Assembly: GCA_051252455.1 (NCBI GenBank)
Contig: JBPOFM010000001.1
Span: 374,145-438,144 of the forward strand
Reading direction: 5' to 3'
DNA from: Aquaticitalea sp.
GTDB lineage: Bacteria > Bacteroidota > Bacteroidia > Flavobacteriales > Flavobacteriaceae
DNA: 64,000 nucleotides
A program made the position numbers and the translations under genes. Shown here piece after piece: positions 47,988 through 57,831 of this stretch. The stretch's first letter is position 1. The number at the start of each line of letters is the position of its first letter. The notes beneath the pieces were generated by a model. The model made no database searches, had not been told where the DNA came from, and worked only from the letters and a program-made list of their open reading frames with translations.

Positions 47988-48707
47988 TTAATTGAAAACT
48001 TGGTTAAAAATAACTAAAGATTTAGGCTTTTTAAAATCTCCAAGATGTAACTCAAAATATAACAATAGCATATTTAAGAAGGATTGTCGCTGCTTTGAAT
48101 TAAGTTTTATGGTATGCAATGCATCAAAATTTATGCCCAACAACTGTTTTAAAACACTTAAATTTTCTTCCGAAATGGTATATAAGTTTTGAGAATTTAG
48201 TTCGAATGCACCTGTGTTAAGATTAAAAAATGGATTCTCCATTCCGGTAGTATCAGGATAGAAACCCAAATGTTTAGTCAGATTGAGCAGAAACAATAAA
48301 TGGAAATTCGTAACGCTCTCTTCAGCATCTAGCCATAATAGGGACGTTTCAATATAATCGTATAAATGGTCGTTGCGTTCTTCTTCCTTTAAAACTGACG
48401 ATAAAACTTCCGACAAGAACATGACGATAGCAGTTTTTGGAATGTTCGAATGCAGACTTTTATAGACTGTGCTTAATTTGATATCACTAATGAATTGGAG
48501 AGACTGATTAGCTTTGTAATTTTCTTCAATTTGAAGTTGCGACAAAGGTTGAAAATAGGCTGCTCTGGCATTGCCTTTTTTGCTGTTCAAAACACCTCTT
48601 AATAGATAACTAACGATGCCTCTCTCACTTGTATAGCACTTCACAATGAGATCATTATCACGATACTTTATTTTGGATAGTACAATGCCGTTGGTTTTGA
48701 TTAGCAT
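47988..48707 (-). CDS. recO: DNA repair protein RecO
   Basis: N-terminal OB-fold block 'MLIKTNGIVLSKIKYRDNDLIVKCYTSERGIVSYLLRG', similar to other RecO N-termini. 239 aa is typical of the Bacteroidetes short RecO. Confidence 0.8.
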   Translation of the reverse strand: MLIKTNGIVLSKIKYRDNDLIVKCYTSERGIVSYLLRGVLNSKKGNARAAYFQPLSQLQIEENYKANQSLQFISDIKLSTVYKSLHSNIPKTAIVMFLSEVLSSVLKEEERNDHLYDYIETSLLWLDAEESVTNFHLLFLLNLTKHLGFYPDTTGMENPFFNLNTGAFELNSQNLYTISEENLSVLKQLLGINFDALHTIKLNSKQRQSFLNMLLLYFELHLGDFKKPKSLVIFNQVFN

Positions 48708-48727
48708 ATGAGCATTGTTTTGAAAGT

Positions 48728-51127
48728 TTATCTAACAATCAGTAATTTCAGAATTTTTGTTTCAAAAGAATCCAAGTCATTGATTAGAATAAGGTATACT
48801 CCTGAGGCCACGATATTGTTCCCAAGATTTTTGCCATTCCAGATAGCTGTACCGCCATCAATTGCAAAATTATAACCAGCACTTGAGGTACGAAGATTGA
48901 CGCGAGATTGAGCTTCTGCCACTAAATTTCCTTCAATGTCCGTGATTTTGACATTCACGTTGTCAGTGAGACCCTTAATCTTTACACCCATATTGATGTC
49001 ATTTAAACTTGAAGAGCCTAGTATATTATATTCTGGTCTTACAGGATTGGGATATACAAAGGCATTGGCAAGCTCATCTTCCGATTTAGATCCACCCGCT
49101 GAAAAAGACACTAATCCTTTACTGGTTGCAATAAAAACCTTTCCACTTTGAGAATCGATTGAAATATCCCTAATTTGATTGGAAGGCAAAGGTGAATTAG
49201 TAGTTGTAAAATGATAAATAGTTTGTTGACCGTCCGGTGAGAAATAAAAGATTCCCGAATCGTCTGTTCCAATCCATTTGTTATTTGAGCCATCGACCTT
49301 GATATCTGTAATAAATTGTAATGATAACAACTCTTTGGGCACTCCCTCTTCAACAATCACGATTTCACTAGCTTGTGGGTTAGGGTCTGTTAAAAAATTG
49401 GATGTATTATAGAGCACTCGCAATCCGCGAAAAGTTCCAATCCATAACTGATTTCTGTTATCTATGGCTAGAGATTTCACCTGAACATCTGGCATGTTTT
49501 GCTCTGCACTATAGATTCTTTTTATATTATTTTCCCCTCCGTTTTCATTGTAAGCAATTACACCGTTTCTTAAACTGGTGGTCCATTTGGTGCCATTGTT
49601 GTCAATCACTAAATCACTTCCATAACCAGCCTCGTCATCAATTGGAGAAGGTATGAGTTCTTCAAAACTGTAAGTTTGCCATTGTTGAGTACCTGGATTA
49701 TAAGAAGCTAATGGTCTTTTTGACAAACTAACCATAGTCCAGAGCAATCCCGTTCGATCAAAAGTAGAACCAGCCACCCTTAAGTCTGTATAGGTAGATC
49801 GAGGATCCATAGCTGGAACTAGTTCACTGTTATTTTCATCAAAGAGCATTGTTGGTACACCATTGTTGACCTCTAAAAGGCCATTAAAGGTAGCACTCAA
49901 AAAAACTTGAGACGGATTAAATGGGTTTATGGCAATGTCGCTCAAATTCTTTGCGTTCAACACACTATCATAAGGAGTGTTTATCCATTCTTCTTCAACA
50001 AGGTGACTAAATCCATAGCTGCGTAATGGATATGGATTAATGAAAACATCATAATCTCCATAAGTAGCATAAACTTCATTGTTGCTAGCATTGATTTTAA
50101 ATGTGTCATTCCGTAAGGGTCCATTTGGTCGTATCACAGCATAGTCGCCAGGATTGGAATTACTAGTTGTAAGGACACCAAAACTACTGGTTCCAATATA
50201 TATATTTGTATCTGTTATCGTTGCTGCTCGAAATTGAGTCGTATATTCTGCTGTTGTAGACGCCGTTGCGATTTGGTTAAAAGTGCTGTTGTAGACAAAT
50301 ATTTTGCTAGGAATTGTAACAATGAGATTAGAATTCACAGTTCTCATATCCACAGGCGCTTCGCTATATGTAAGTAATGATGTGAAATTATCAGCAACAA
50401 TCTCGTAGATCATGTTAGTGGATTTTATCGCAAACAACTTATCGTCGACTGATTGAATTGCAAGAAAATTCCCAAAATCAAGAGTTTGCCATTGCTGAAA
50501 ATCTATGATGTTTGGATTATTAATACCGGTTTTTTTAACAGCATTATTATCGCCGCAAGCAGCATAAATAAAATCATCATAAATCGTTGTTTGCCTGACG
50601 CTGATTTGACTTCCGCCATTCCCTATAAAATAAGTGTCTCCGAATTCCAAGCGTTGCAAATCATAGACTGAAATTCCATAATCTGTAGAGATGTAAATAA
50701 GTCCATCATATTCATTGAAATGATTGATTATTTTTTTGTTTGGTGCAACCGTTTCCTTCTCGAGTATATCAACTACGGAAAGAATGGAGCCGTCAGATTC
50801 AGAATATACTTCCATGAGTCCATTTTGATAACCAACTACCAATAATTCATAGTCAGAACTATAATGAATGGTAGTGATTGTTTCGCCTGACAATCCGTTG
50901 ATTGTAGTTATAGTTTGCAATTCATTGGAATTTAAATCATATTTAAAAATTGCATTTTCGGACGCAGCATAAATTTCTGTTTGACTCTGAGCGATATCTT
51001 TGATGTCATAATACGAAAAGTAGCCTTGCCACAGACTTGAAAAATCTTGAGCATGGCTAAAAACAGAAGATATTAAAATAAAGAAGAAAGTAATTTTTTT
51101 TAACATTGCATGCTTAATAAAGATCAA
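48728..51127 (-). CDS. PorZ-like T9SS protein: two-component-regulator-propeller (Reg_prop) repeats + type-A C-terminal sorting domain
   Basis: Signal peptide. Repeated 'W[IV]GT..G[LI]..[FY]' propeller motifs (QLWIGTFRGLRVL; NKWIGTDDSGIFYF). C-terminal Por_Secre_tail (…ITDIEGNLVAE…WNGKNLGNNIVASGVYLILIND…). Size and architecture match PorZ. An alternative start lies at 51106. Confidence 0.6.
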   Translation of the reverse strand: MIFIKHAMLKKITFFFILISSVFSHAQDFSSLWQGYFSYYDIKDIAQSQTEIYAASENAIFKYDLNSNELQTITTINGLSGETITTIHYSSDYELLVVGYQNGLMEVYSESDGSILSVVDILEKETVAPNKKIINHFNEYDGLIYISTDYGISVYDLQRLEFGDTYFIGNGGSQISVRQTTIYDDFIYAACGDNNAVKKTGINNPNIIDFQQWQTLDFGNFLAIQSVDDKLFAIKSTNMIYEIVADNFTSLLTYSEAPVDMRTVNSNLIVTIPSKIFVYNSTFNQIATASTTAEYTTQFRAATITDTNIYIGTSSFGVLTTSNSNPGDYAVIRPNGPLRNDTFKINASNNEVYATYGDYDVFINPYPLRSYGFSHLVEEEWINTPYDSVLNAKNLSDIAINPFNPSQVFLSATFNGLLEVNNGVPTMLFDENNSELVPAMDPRSTYTDLRVAGSTFDRTGLLWTMVSLSKRPLASYNPGTQQWQTYSFEELIPSPIDDEAGYGSDLVIDNNGTKWTTSLRNGVIAYNENGGENNIKRIYSAEQNMPDVQVKSLAIDNRNQLWIGTFRGLRVLYNTSNFLTDPNPQASEIVIVEEGVPKELLSLQFITDIKVDGSNNKWIGTDDSGIFYFSPDGQQTIYHFTTTNSPLPSNQIRDISIDSQSGKVFIATSKGLVSFSAGGSKSEDELANAFVYPNPVRPEYNILGSSSLNDINMGVKIKGLTDNVNVKITDIEGNLVAEAQSRVNLRTSSAGYNFAIDGGTAIWNGKNLGNNIVASGVYLILINDLDSFETKILKLLIVR

Positions 51128-51232
51128 AGATATTTATAACTAACGAGAAATAACAACTAATCATATATACTTCAATAAAAAAACTCCCATAATTATGCAT
51201 TATGAGAGTTTTGTTATTTTACCTTTTTTTAT

Positions 51233-52576
51233 TTATACTACACCTTGCGCTAACATGGCATCCGCTACTTTTACGAAACCAGCGATATTTGCACCTTTGA
51301 CGTAATCAATATAGCCATCTTTTTGAGAACCATATTTAACACAAGATTCATGAATATCATTCATGATGGTATGTAATTTTTCATCGACTTCTTCTCTTGT
51401 CCAATTAAGACGTAATGAGTTTTGGCTCATTTCTAATCCTGAAGTAGAAACACCACCAGCATTAGAGGCTTTTCCTGGTGAGAATAATACTTTTGCATTT
51501 TGAAACACAGCAATTGCTTCTGGAGTTGTTGGCATATTAGCGCCTTCAGCCACAGCAAGAACTTTGTTCTCCACTAAAATAGTTGCTTCTTTTTCGTTCA
51601 ACTCATTTTGGGTTGCGCATGGTAGTGCAATATCACAGTCCACCGACCATGGGCGTTCACCTTCGTGATAGGTTGCTGAATTGTAGGTGTCGACATACTC
51701 ACTGATTCTCCCACGTTTAACATTCTTAATATCCATGATCTTAGCCAATTTTTCAGCATCGATACCCTCTTTATCATAGATATATCCACCTGAATCAGAC
51801 ATGGTGACTACTTTCCCTCCTAATTCCGTGGCTTTTTCACAGGCATACTGCGCAACATTTCCAGAACCGGAAATAACTACTGTTTTACCTTCAAAGGAAT
51901 CACCCCTTGTCGCTAACATATTTTTTGCAAAGTAAACACATCCATATCCTGTGGCTTCTGGACGGATCAATGATCCTCCATAAGAAATACCTTTTCCGGT
52001 GAAAACTCCCGTAAACTCATTTCTCAATTTTTTATATTGACCGAACATAAATCCAATTTCGCGACCACCAACACCAATATCTCCTGCAGGCACGTCCGTA
52101 TTTGGACCAATATGACGGAATAATTCATTCATGAACGATTGACAAAATTTCATCACCTCATCATCACTTTTTCCTTTTGGATCAAAATCCGATCCTCCTT
52201 TACCACCACCCATTGGAAGTGTTGTTAAAGAATTTTTAAATGTTTGTTCGAACCCTAAAAATTTGAGAATGCTCAAATTCACCGTTGGGTGAAAACGTAG
52301 ACCTCCTTTATAAGGTCCAATCGCTGAATTAAATTCGATTCTAAAACCTCTATTCACTTGTATATTGCCCTTATCATCCAGCCACGGCACTCTAAAAATG
52401 ATGGTGCGTTCTGGCTCTACCATACGCTCCAATAACATTTTACCCTTATACTTCGGATTTTCTTCAATAAATGGGATTACCGTTTCTGCCACTTCATGTA
52501 CCGCCTGCATAAATTCAGGTTCGTGCCCGTTTGTTTTTTTTACAAGTTCTAAAAAAGCGTCTATTTGTTTTTTCAT
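51233..52576 (-). CDS. gdhA: NADP-specific glutamate dehydrogenase
   Basis: Starts MKKQIDAFLELVKK…. Contains the Lys-containing active-site loop (…GPYKGGLRFHP…) and the GGGKGG nucleotide motif. 447 aa. Confidence 0.95.
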   Translation of the reverse strand: MKKQIDAFLELVKKTNGHEPEFMQAVHEVAETVIPFIEENPKYKGKMLLERMVEPERTIIFRVPWLDDKGNIQVNRGFRIEFNSAIGPYKGGLRFHPTVNLSILKFLGFEQTFKNSLTTLPMGGGKGGSDFDPKGKSDDEVMKFCQSFMNELFRHIGPNTDVPAGDIGVGGREIGFMFGQYKKLRNEFTGVFTGKGISYGGSLIRPEATGYGCVYFAKNMLATRGDSFEGKTVVISGSGNVAQYACEKATELGGKVVTMSDSGGYIYDKEGIDAEKLAKIMDIKNVKRGRISEYVDTYNSATYHEGERPWSVDCDIALPCATQNELNEKEATILVENKVLAVAEGANMPTTPEAIAVFQNAKVLFSPGKASNAGGVSTSGLEMSQNSLRLNWTREEVDEKLHTIMNDIHESCVKYGSQKDGYIDYVKGANIAGFVKVADAMLAQGVV

Positions 52577-52806
52577 TTATACTATGTTTTGAAATAAGAA
52601 TTTGTCATTAACCGCCACAAAGATACATTATCTATAAAATTTATATGCATAATTTTTCATATTCTCATCGAGGCTAGCAGAATTTGAGGATACCTCAATA
52701 AAAGTGCTATTTCAAACTTAATTCCCACCAAACTATTGTTTTATTTGGTAGTTATCCGAGTTTTCATATATTTGTTAATAACTTTGCCTCAATTAAACAG
52801 AACCAT

Positions 52807-53601
52807 ATGGCGCTTAATTTTAAACAGTTAACATTTGTATCACTTCTTTTATTTGGTATAAATAGTGGATTCGCCCAACTTGGGTTTTCGCATGAAATTG
52901 GAGTTATTGCTGGTCCTGTAGCCTTTCAGTCAGATTTTGGCGTTCGGAATAATTTTGAAACCAACTCTGGCAATACAGGCTTTGGAATTGGTTTAGTTCA
53001 TTACATAAATTTTAGCTACAGAGCGGATTGTAACTGTTATTCTACAGACACCTATTTCAATGATCACTTTAAATTAAGAAGCGAGATTTCTTATAACAAA
53101 ACAAAATTAAATCATTTTGGCGAATGGGCTGATAATCCTAAACCGGTATACGACAAATTGAGAGCACATTCCGGAGAAGCAAATAATTTCGATATTGGAA
53201 TGCAATTGGAATTTTTTCCACAAAGTATTAGAGCCTTTGCTGCGACAAGATATTCCTTTGCACCATTTTTAAGTTTGGGACCTCATTTTACTTCTTACAA
53301 TCCAAAAGCATCAACCACTTTTGGTGATGGCAACATAAACAATAATGCTAACATCTTTAATAGTTGGGTCAGCCAGCGAGGTGACGACCCTATTAAACTT
53401 GATGGTGGCACCACTTGGTCCGTCGTTGGAAGTGTCGGTACGCGCTATAAGCTAACCATTTTATCAGATTTGATGGTCGACTTAAGATGGCAATATTTCT
53501 TTAATAACGAGGTTGATGGTTTAGATCATAAGTTGCCTTCCAATAAAGCCAATGATTGGTTAGTGTGGTTAAACTTTGGATATATTTATTATTTAGATTA
53601 A
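52807..53601 (+). CDS. hypothetical outer-membrane protein
   Basis: Signal peptide (…INSGFAQ). Beta-rich, Gly/aromatic-rich sequence ending …NFGYIYYLD. No known domain recognised. Confidence 0.45.
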   Translation: MALNFKQLTFVSLLLFGINSGFAQLGFSHEIGVIAGPVAFQSDFGVRNNFETNSGNTGFGIGLVHYINFSYRADCNCYSTDTYFNDHFKLRSEISYNKTKLNHFGEWADNPKPVYDKLRAHSGEANNFDIGMQLEFFPQSIRAFAATRYSFAPFLSLGPHFTSYNPKASTTFGDGNINNNANIFNSWVSQRGDDPIKLDGGTTWSVVGSVGTRYKLTILSDLMVDLRWQYFFNNEVDGLDHKLPSNKANDWLVWLNFGYIYYLD

Positions 53602-53620
53602 TATAATCCACTATACACTG

Positions 53621-53657
53621 AAAAAGCCTAAAACATGAATAGTTTTAGGCTTTTTTA
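53621..53657. terminator. Bidirectional rho-independent terminator between the hypothetical OMP gene (+) and the PLP-enzyme gene (-)
   Basis: A5-gcctaaaac-ATGAATA-gttttaggc-T6. Confidence 0.65.
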
Positions 53658-53674
53658 ATTTATACTATTTGGCA

Positions 53675-54814
53675 CTATCCAATTGCTTGTTTTAAATCTG
53701 CAATTAAATCCTCTTCATCCTCAATACCAACGCTCAATCGAATCAATGAATCCACAACACCCGTTTTTTCTCGCTCTTTTTTTGGAATGCTGGCATGGGT
53801 CATGCTGGCGGGATGCCCAGCTAACGACTCTACTCCTCCAAGGGATTCTGCCAAAGTGAATATTTTGAGGTTTTCTACAATTCTGATAGCCTCTTTATAA
53901 TTGTTGCCTTTTGTAGTAAATGAAACCATTCCGCCAAAATCATTCATTTGAGATTTTGCGATGTGATGATTTGGGTGATTTTCAAATCCTGGCCAATACA
54001 CCTTTGCAATTTTTGGGTGTGATGCTAAATATTCAGCAACGGCTCTCCCGTTTTCACAATGACGTTGCATTCGAATATGAAGTGTTTTGATGCCTCTCAA
54101 TACCAAAAAACTATCTTGTGGTCCACAAATCGCACCACTGGCATTTTGGATGAAATAGAGTCTATCGGCCAATTCTTTATCCTTTACGATTAAAGCTCCC
54201 ATGACCACATCACTATGACCACCAAGATATTTTGTGGCTGAATGCATAACGATATCAGCCCCTAAATCAATAGGTTGTTGTAAATATGGTGTGGCAAAGG
54301 TATTATCTACGGCTAACAATAGGTTATGCTTTTTAGCAACTGTTGATGCTGCTTTGATGTCTATAATGTTCATCATTGGGTTCGTCGGCGTTTCTACCCA
54401 AATCAGTTTTGTGTTTTTATTGATATACTTTTCAATATCGGAAGCATTATTCATACCTACAAATTGGAATTTGATTCCAAAACCCTCAAAAATTTTGGTG
54501 AATAACCGATACGTTCCTCCATACAAATCGTTTGTGGATATGACTTCGTCACCAGGTTGCAACAATTTTATTACGGCATCAATGGCGGCGAGACCAGAGC
54601 CGAATGCCAATCCATAGTTACCGTTTTCAATGCTTGCAAGAGAATTCTCCAATGCGGTACGCGTTGGATTATGACTTCGGGAATATTCATAACCTTTATG
54701 TCCTCCCGGAGTTGATTGTGCGTAGGTTGTTGTTTGGTATATCGGTGGCATCACGGCGCCATAAGCCTTATCATGCTCTTGTCCTCCGTGAATGGTTTTT
54801 GTGTTAAATTTCAT
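53675..54814 (-). CDS. PLP-dependent trans-sulfuration enzyme (cystathionine gamma-synthase / beta-lyase / methionine gamma-lyase family)
   Basis: N-terminus 'TKTIHGG…PIYQTTTY…' and the PLP-lysine block (…HSATKYLGGHSDVVMG…) typical of the Cys/Met-metabolism PLP family. 379 aa. Exact substrate specificity cannot be told from sequence. Confidence 0.85.
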   Translation of the reverse strand: MKFNTKTIHGGQEHDKAYGAVMPPIYQTTTYAQSTPGGHKGYEYSRSHNPTRTALENSLASIENGNYGLAFGSGLAAIDAVIKLLQPGDEVISTNDLYGGTYRLFTKIFEGFGIKFQFVGMNNASDIEKYINKNTKLIWVETPTNPMMNIIDIKAASTVAKKHNLLLAVDNTFATPYLQQPIDLGADIVMHSATKYLGGHSDVVMGALIVKDKELADRLYFIQNASGAICGPQDSFLVLRGIKTLHIRMQRHCENGRAVAEYLASHPKIAKVYWPGFENHPNHHIAKSQMNDFGGMVSFTTKGNNYKEAIRIVENLKIFTLAESLGGVESLAGHPASMTHASIPKKEREKTGVVDSLIRLSVGIEDEEDLIADLKQAIG

Positions 54815-54951
54815 TAGTTTTGTTATATATTATTCTGGTGGAAATCGAAAAAAACAGTTTACTTTTGCTCTTGAAAACTCCCAATATATTTAAGGTCAAT
54901 AAATTTAGGCTTTAATTGGAAGGTTACAAAAGCAACTCAACTCTTTAATCA

Positions 54952-55701
54952 ATGTTTAACAACTCCATTACTTCTGTAAAAAATACTATTTTACTTTTAA
55001 TTATCTCTATAATGTTTTTCTCCTGTGAGGAAGACAAAACGGTTACATTTACTGATACGCACATAGAAAAAACGGAAAATGCCAAAATAAACATTAGCTA
55101 CCCTAAAGCTGAAGGTAATAAAGACGTAGCAAATAGCATCAATACTACCATTGAAAACTTTTTGGCCAATGAAATCAATATGAGCGAAAAGACAGACAAG
55201 AAACTCAGATTGAATGATGCTGTCCAAGCATTTGATGACGAGTACAAATCTTTCAAGGAAGATTTTAGTGACACAACTCAAGAATGGGAAGCTCTGATTG
55301 AAAGCGAAGTGAACTATGAATCAGACAAGATTCTTTGTGTAACGGTCAATTCCTATTTAGATACTGGAGGTGCTCACGGAAACAGTCATGTGACTTTCTT
55401 GAATTTTGATAAGACATCCGGAGTTCTTCTAAAAATAAAAGACATTATCAAAGATGAAGAAGGTTTCAAGAAATTAGCCATTCCATATTTTGAAAAAGCT
55501 ACCAAACCGCTTTCCAATGATGAAGAGGTTCAAGATATGTTTTTCGGAGAAGCATTTCATTTACCTGAAAATATTGGGTTTAACGCTGATGGCGTCATTC
55601 TACTTTATAATGTTTATGAAATCGCTTCGTATGCCCAAGGTGTCACGGAATTCACAATTCCTTATAACGACGCAAAGCCGTTTCTCAAAATCGAATTATA
55701 A
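54952..55701 (+). CDS. DUF3298/DUF4163-like lipoprotein (RsiV/PdaC-C-terminal-like)
   Basis: Lipobox (…IMFFSC-EED). Architecture and size are like the DUF4163+DUF3298 pair. Assigned from general sequence character only, so confidence is modest. Confidence 0.45.
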   Translation: MFNNSITSVKNTILLLIISIMFFSCEEDKTVTFTDTHIEKTENAKINISYPKAEGNKDVANSINTTIENFLANEINMSEKTDKKLRLNDAVQAFDDEYKSFKEDFSDTTQEWEALIESEVNYESDKILCVTVNSYLDTGGAHGNSHVTFLNFDKTSGVLLKIKDIIKDEEGFKKLAIPYFEKATKPLSNDEEVQDMFFGEAFHLPENIGFNADGVILLYNVYEIASYAQGVTEFTIPYNDAKPFLKIEL

Positions 55702-56940
55702 ATTTTTGGTCAAACGCCTAACGACAGGTTCAACTGTCAATCCTTGACCTATAATAGAAAATACAACGATGATATAGGTAATTACCAAAAACATTTCACG
55801 GTGCATGTCCTGTGTCAAACTCAACGCCAACGCAATAGAGATACCGCCTCGTAGGCCTCCCCAAGTCATGATGAGATTCGTTTTTGGGACAAAATCCAGT
55901 CTTTTTGCGAAGAATTTTATCGGTAACCACAAAGATGCATATCGTGAAAGCAATACAAGTGGTACTGCAATCAGGCCAGCGATGATATAATCTGTTTCAA
56001 ACGTTAGTATCAATAATTCCATGCCTATCAAAACGAACAAAACGGTATTTAAGAGCACATCCACCAATTCCCAAAAACGGTCAACATAAGTTTCAGTTTT
56101 TTCAGACATACTTGCGCTTCGTACAATATCATTACCCACAAACAACCCTGCAGTCACCATAGCTAAAGGTGCCGAGACGTGAAAATAATGTGCAATCAGA
56201 CTTCCGCCCATAACCGCAGCAATCGTAATGATAACCTCAACTTCATAATCATCAATGGCTCTTAAAAGTTTGTAAGTTCCATAGCCTAAAAGCAATCCCA
56301 AGACAATTCCGCCTAATACTTCCTGTCCAAACAGTTTCACAATGTCCATTACCTCCACGGTTGCTTCCGGGGTTTTGGCGATGGCAAAAATAGTTAAGAA
56401 CACGACCACACCAACACCATCGTTAAATAAGGATTCGCCAACAATTTTTGTTTCTAGTTTTTTTGGTGCTTTTGCTTTTTTTAAGATTCCCAAAACGGCA
56501 ATCGGATCCGTTGGTGAAATTAATGCGCCGAAAAGCAAACAATAAATAAAATCGATTTGTAAACCCATTAATTGCATCACGAAATACATGCCTATTCCAA
56601 CCAAAAATGTCGAAATCAAGACGCCTACTGTTGCGAAAATAAGCACTGGCCATCGCTGGACTTTCAGTTCCTCAAAATTGGTATGTAAAGCACCAGCAAA
56701 GAGCAAAAAGCTCAACATGACATCAAAAAGGACGGTTTCAAAATCGATGGACCTTATCAATTCGCGTTCTTGAATCAATAGCGTGTCATTGAAAGTCCCA
56801 ATCACTAAAACAACAATGGTGAACAGAAGTGTGATGACCATCAAACCAATGGTTGTTGGAAGTTTTAAATAGCGTGCATTGATGAATCCGAAAAATGCTG
56901 CCAATACGACCAACACAGATATAATCGAGTAATATTCCAT
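55696..56940 (-). CDS. Cation:proton antiporter (CPA1 family, NhaP-type Na+/H+ exchanger)
   Basis: 414 aa with ~11-12 TM helices and characteristic Na_H_Exchanger-family blocks (…LFNDGVGVVVF…, …IMTWGGLRGGISIALALSL…). Confidence 0.85.
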   Translation of the reverse strand: MEYYSIISVLVVLAAFFGFINARYLKLPTTIGLMVITLLFTIVVLVIGTFNDTLLIQERELIRSIDFETVLFDVMLSFLLFAGALHTNFEELKVQRWPVLIFATVGVLISTFLVGIGMYFVMQLMGLQIDFIYCLLFGALISPTDPIAVLGILKKAKAPKKLETKIVGESLFNDGVGVVVFLTIFAIAKTPEATVEVMDIVKLFGQEVLGGIVLGLLLGYGTYKLLRAIDDYEVEVIITIAAVMGGSLIAHYFHVSAPLAMVTAGLFVGNDIVRSASMSEKTETYVDRFWELVDVLLNTVLFVLIGMELLILTFETDYIIAGLIAVPLVLLSRYASLWLPIKFFAKRLDFVPKTNLIMTWGGLRGGISIALALSLTQDMHREMFLVITYIIVVFSIIGQGLTVEPVVRRLTKNL

Positions 56941-56944
56941 GTAT

Positions 56945-57442
56945 TTATAAAGATTTTTTTAGAGCCAAGACATAGCCCAAATGGATGCCTTCATGAAAGT
57001 TGTTGAATTCAATGGCTTCCATCACGTTTGTCAGAGTGCTTTTGGTGGTCACTGTGTATTCATGATAATTTTGGAAGACTTCATTTTCATAATCTTCTTT
57101 TGTTTTATCGATGGTAGAAAAAAGCAATCCTTTGATTTCATCAACTTCAGCTTGTGTCAGATTTCGTTCTGGTTTTGTGCCTTTTGCAAATTCGCTCAAC
57201 ATTTCTTGTGAAATAATTGTTGGCAATCCTGACAATTTGTAAATCAAAGCTTGTTGCACTGCAATGGTATGCGCAATATTCCAGATAATATTATTATTGA
57301 ATCCTTCGGGAATTCGATTTAATTCTTCCAAAGAATAGGTTTCAATAAATGTTTTTAAAATCGCTCTACTTTTTAGTGTGATGTCGAAAGCCCAAGTCAT
57401 AATCGTATATTTTTGTTTAAAAATAACCAAAAATCTTTTCAA
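56945..57442 (-). CDS. DinB-family (DUF664/DinB_2) protein, cytoplasmic paralog
   Basis: '…WNIAHTIAVQQALIY…' and '…EGIHLGYVLALKK' helices typical of DinB_2. The probable true start is the internal Met at 57400 (MTWAFDI…). Confidence 0.6.
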   Translation of the reverse strand: MKRFLVIFKQKYTIMTWAFDITLKSRAILKTFIETYSLEELNRIPEGFNNNIIWNIAHTIAVQQALIYKLSGLPTIISQEMLSEFAKGTKPERNLTQAEVDEIKGLLFSTIDKTKEDYENEVFQNYHEYTVTTKSTLTNVMEAIEFNNFHEGIHLGYVLALKKSL

Positions 57443-57474
57443 ATCGGTTTACTTTGCAGTTCAATTCCTTCCTC

Positions 57475-57831
57475 ATGAAAAAAGTGTATTTTCTCAAAAC
57501 ATGTAGTACTTGTGTAAGAATCCTAAAAGATTTGAATCTGCCAAAAGAATTTATTCTTCTAGATATCAAAACAGAAGAAATTACTGTAGAACAATTGGAA
57601 GAAATGCATAAACTTTCTGGAAGCTATGAAGCCTTATTCAGCAAAAGAGCACAGCGATATAAGGAACTGGGATTAAAACATCAGAACCTCTCTGAAAGAG
57701 ACTTCAAAAAATATATTCTTGAACATTATACATTTTTAAGCAGACCTGTCATCATTTACGACGACCAAATTTTCATCGGCAATAGTGCGAAAAACGTAGA
57801 AGCAGCAAAACAGGCGATACATGAAGGTTAG
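57475..57831 (+). CDS. ArsC/Spx-family (thioredoxin-fold, CxxC) protein
   Basis: 'MKKVYFLKTCSTCVR…' with the CxxC-like N-terminal motif of the ArsC/Spx/YffB family. ~118 aa from the chosen start. Confidence 0.7.
   Translation: MKKVYFLKTCSTCVRILKDLNLPKEFILLDIKTEEITVEQLEEMHKLSGSYEALFSKRAQRYKELGLKHQNLSERDFKKYILEHYTFLSRPVIIYDDQIFIGNSAKNVEAAKQAIHEG

Noticed and set aside
54815-54951. Possible SAM riboswitch upstream of the trans-sulfuration PLP enzyme
   Set aside because: Read the reverse complement for the leader. None of the conserved SAM-I/SAM-II sequence blocks or a pseudoknot-forming pattern is present. It looks like plain AT-rich promoter DNA.
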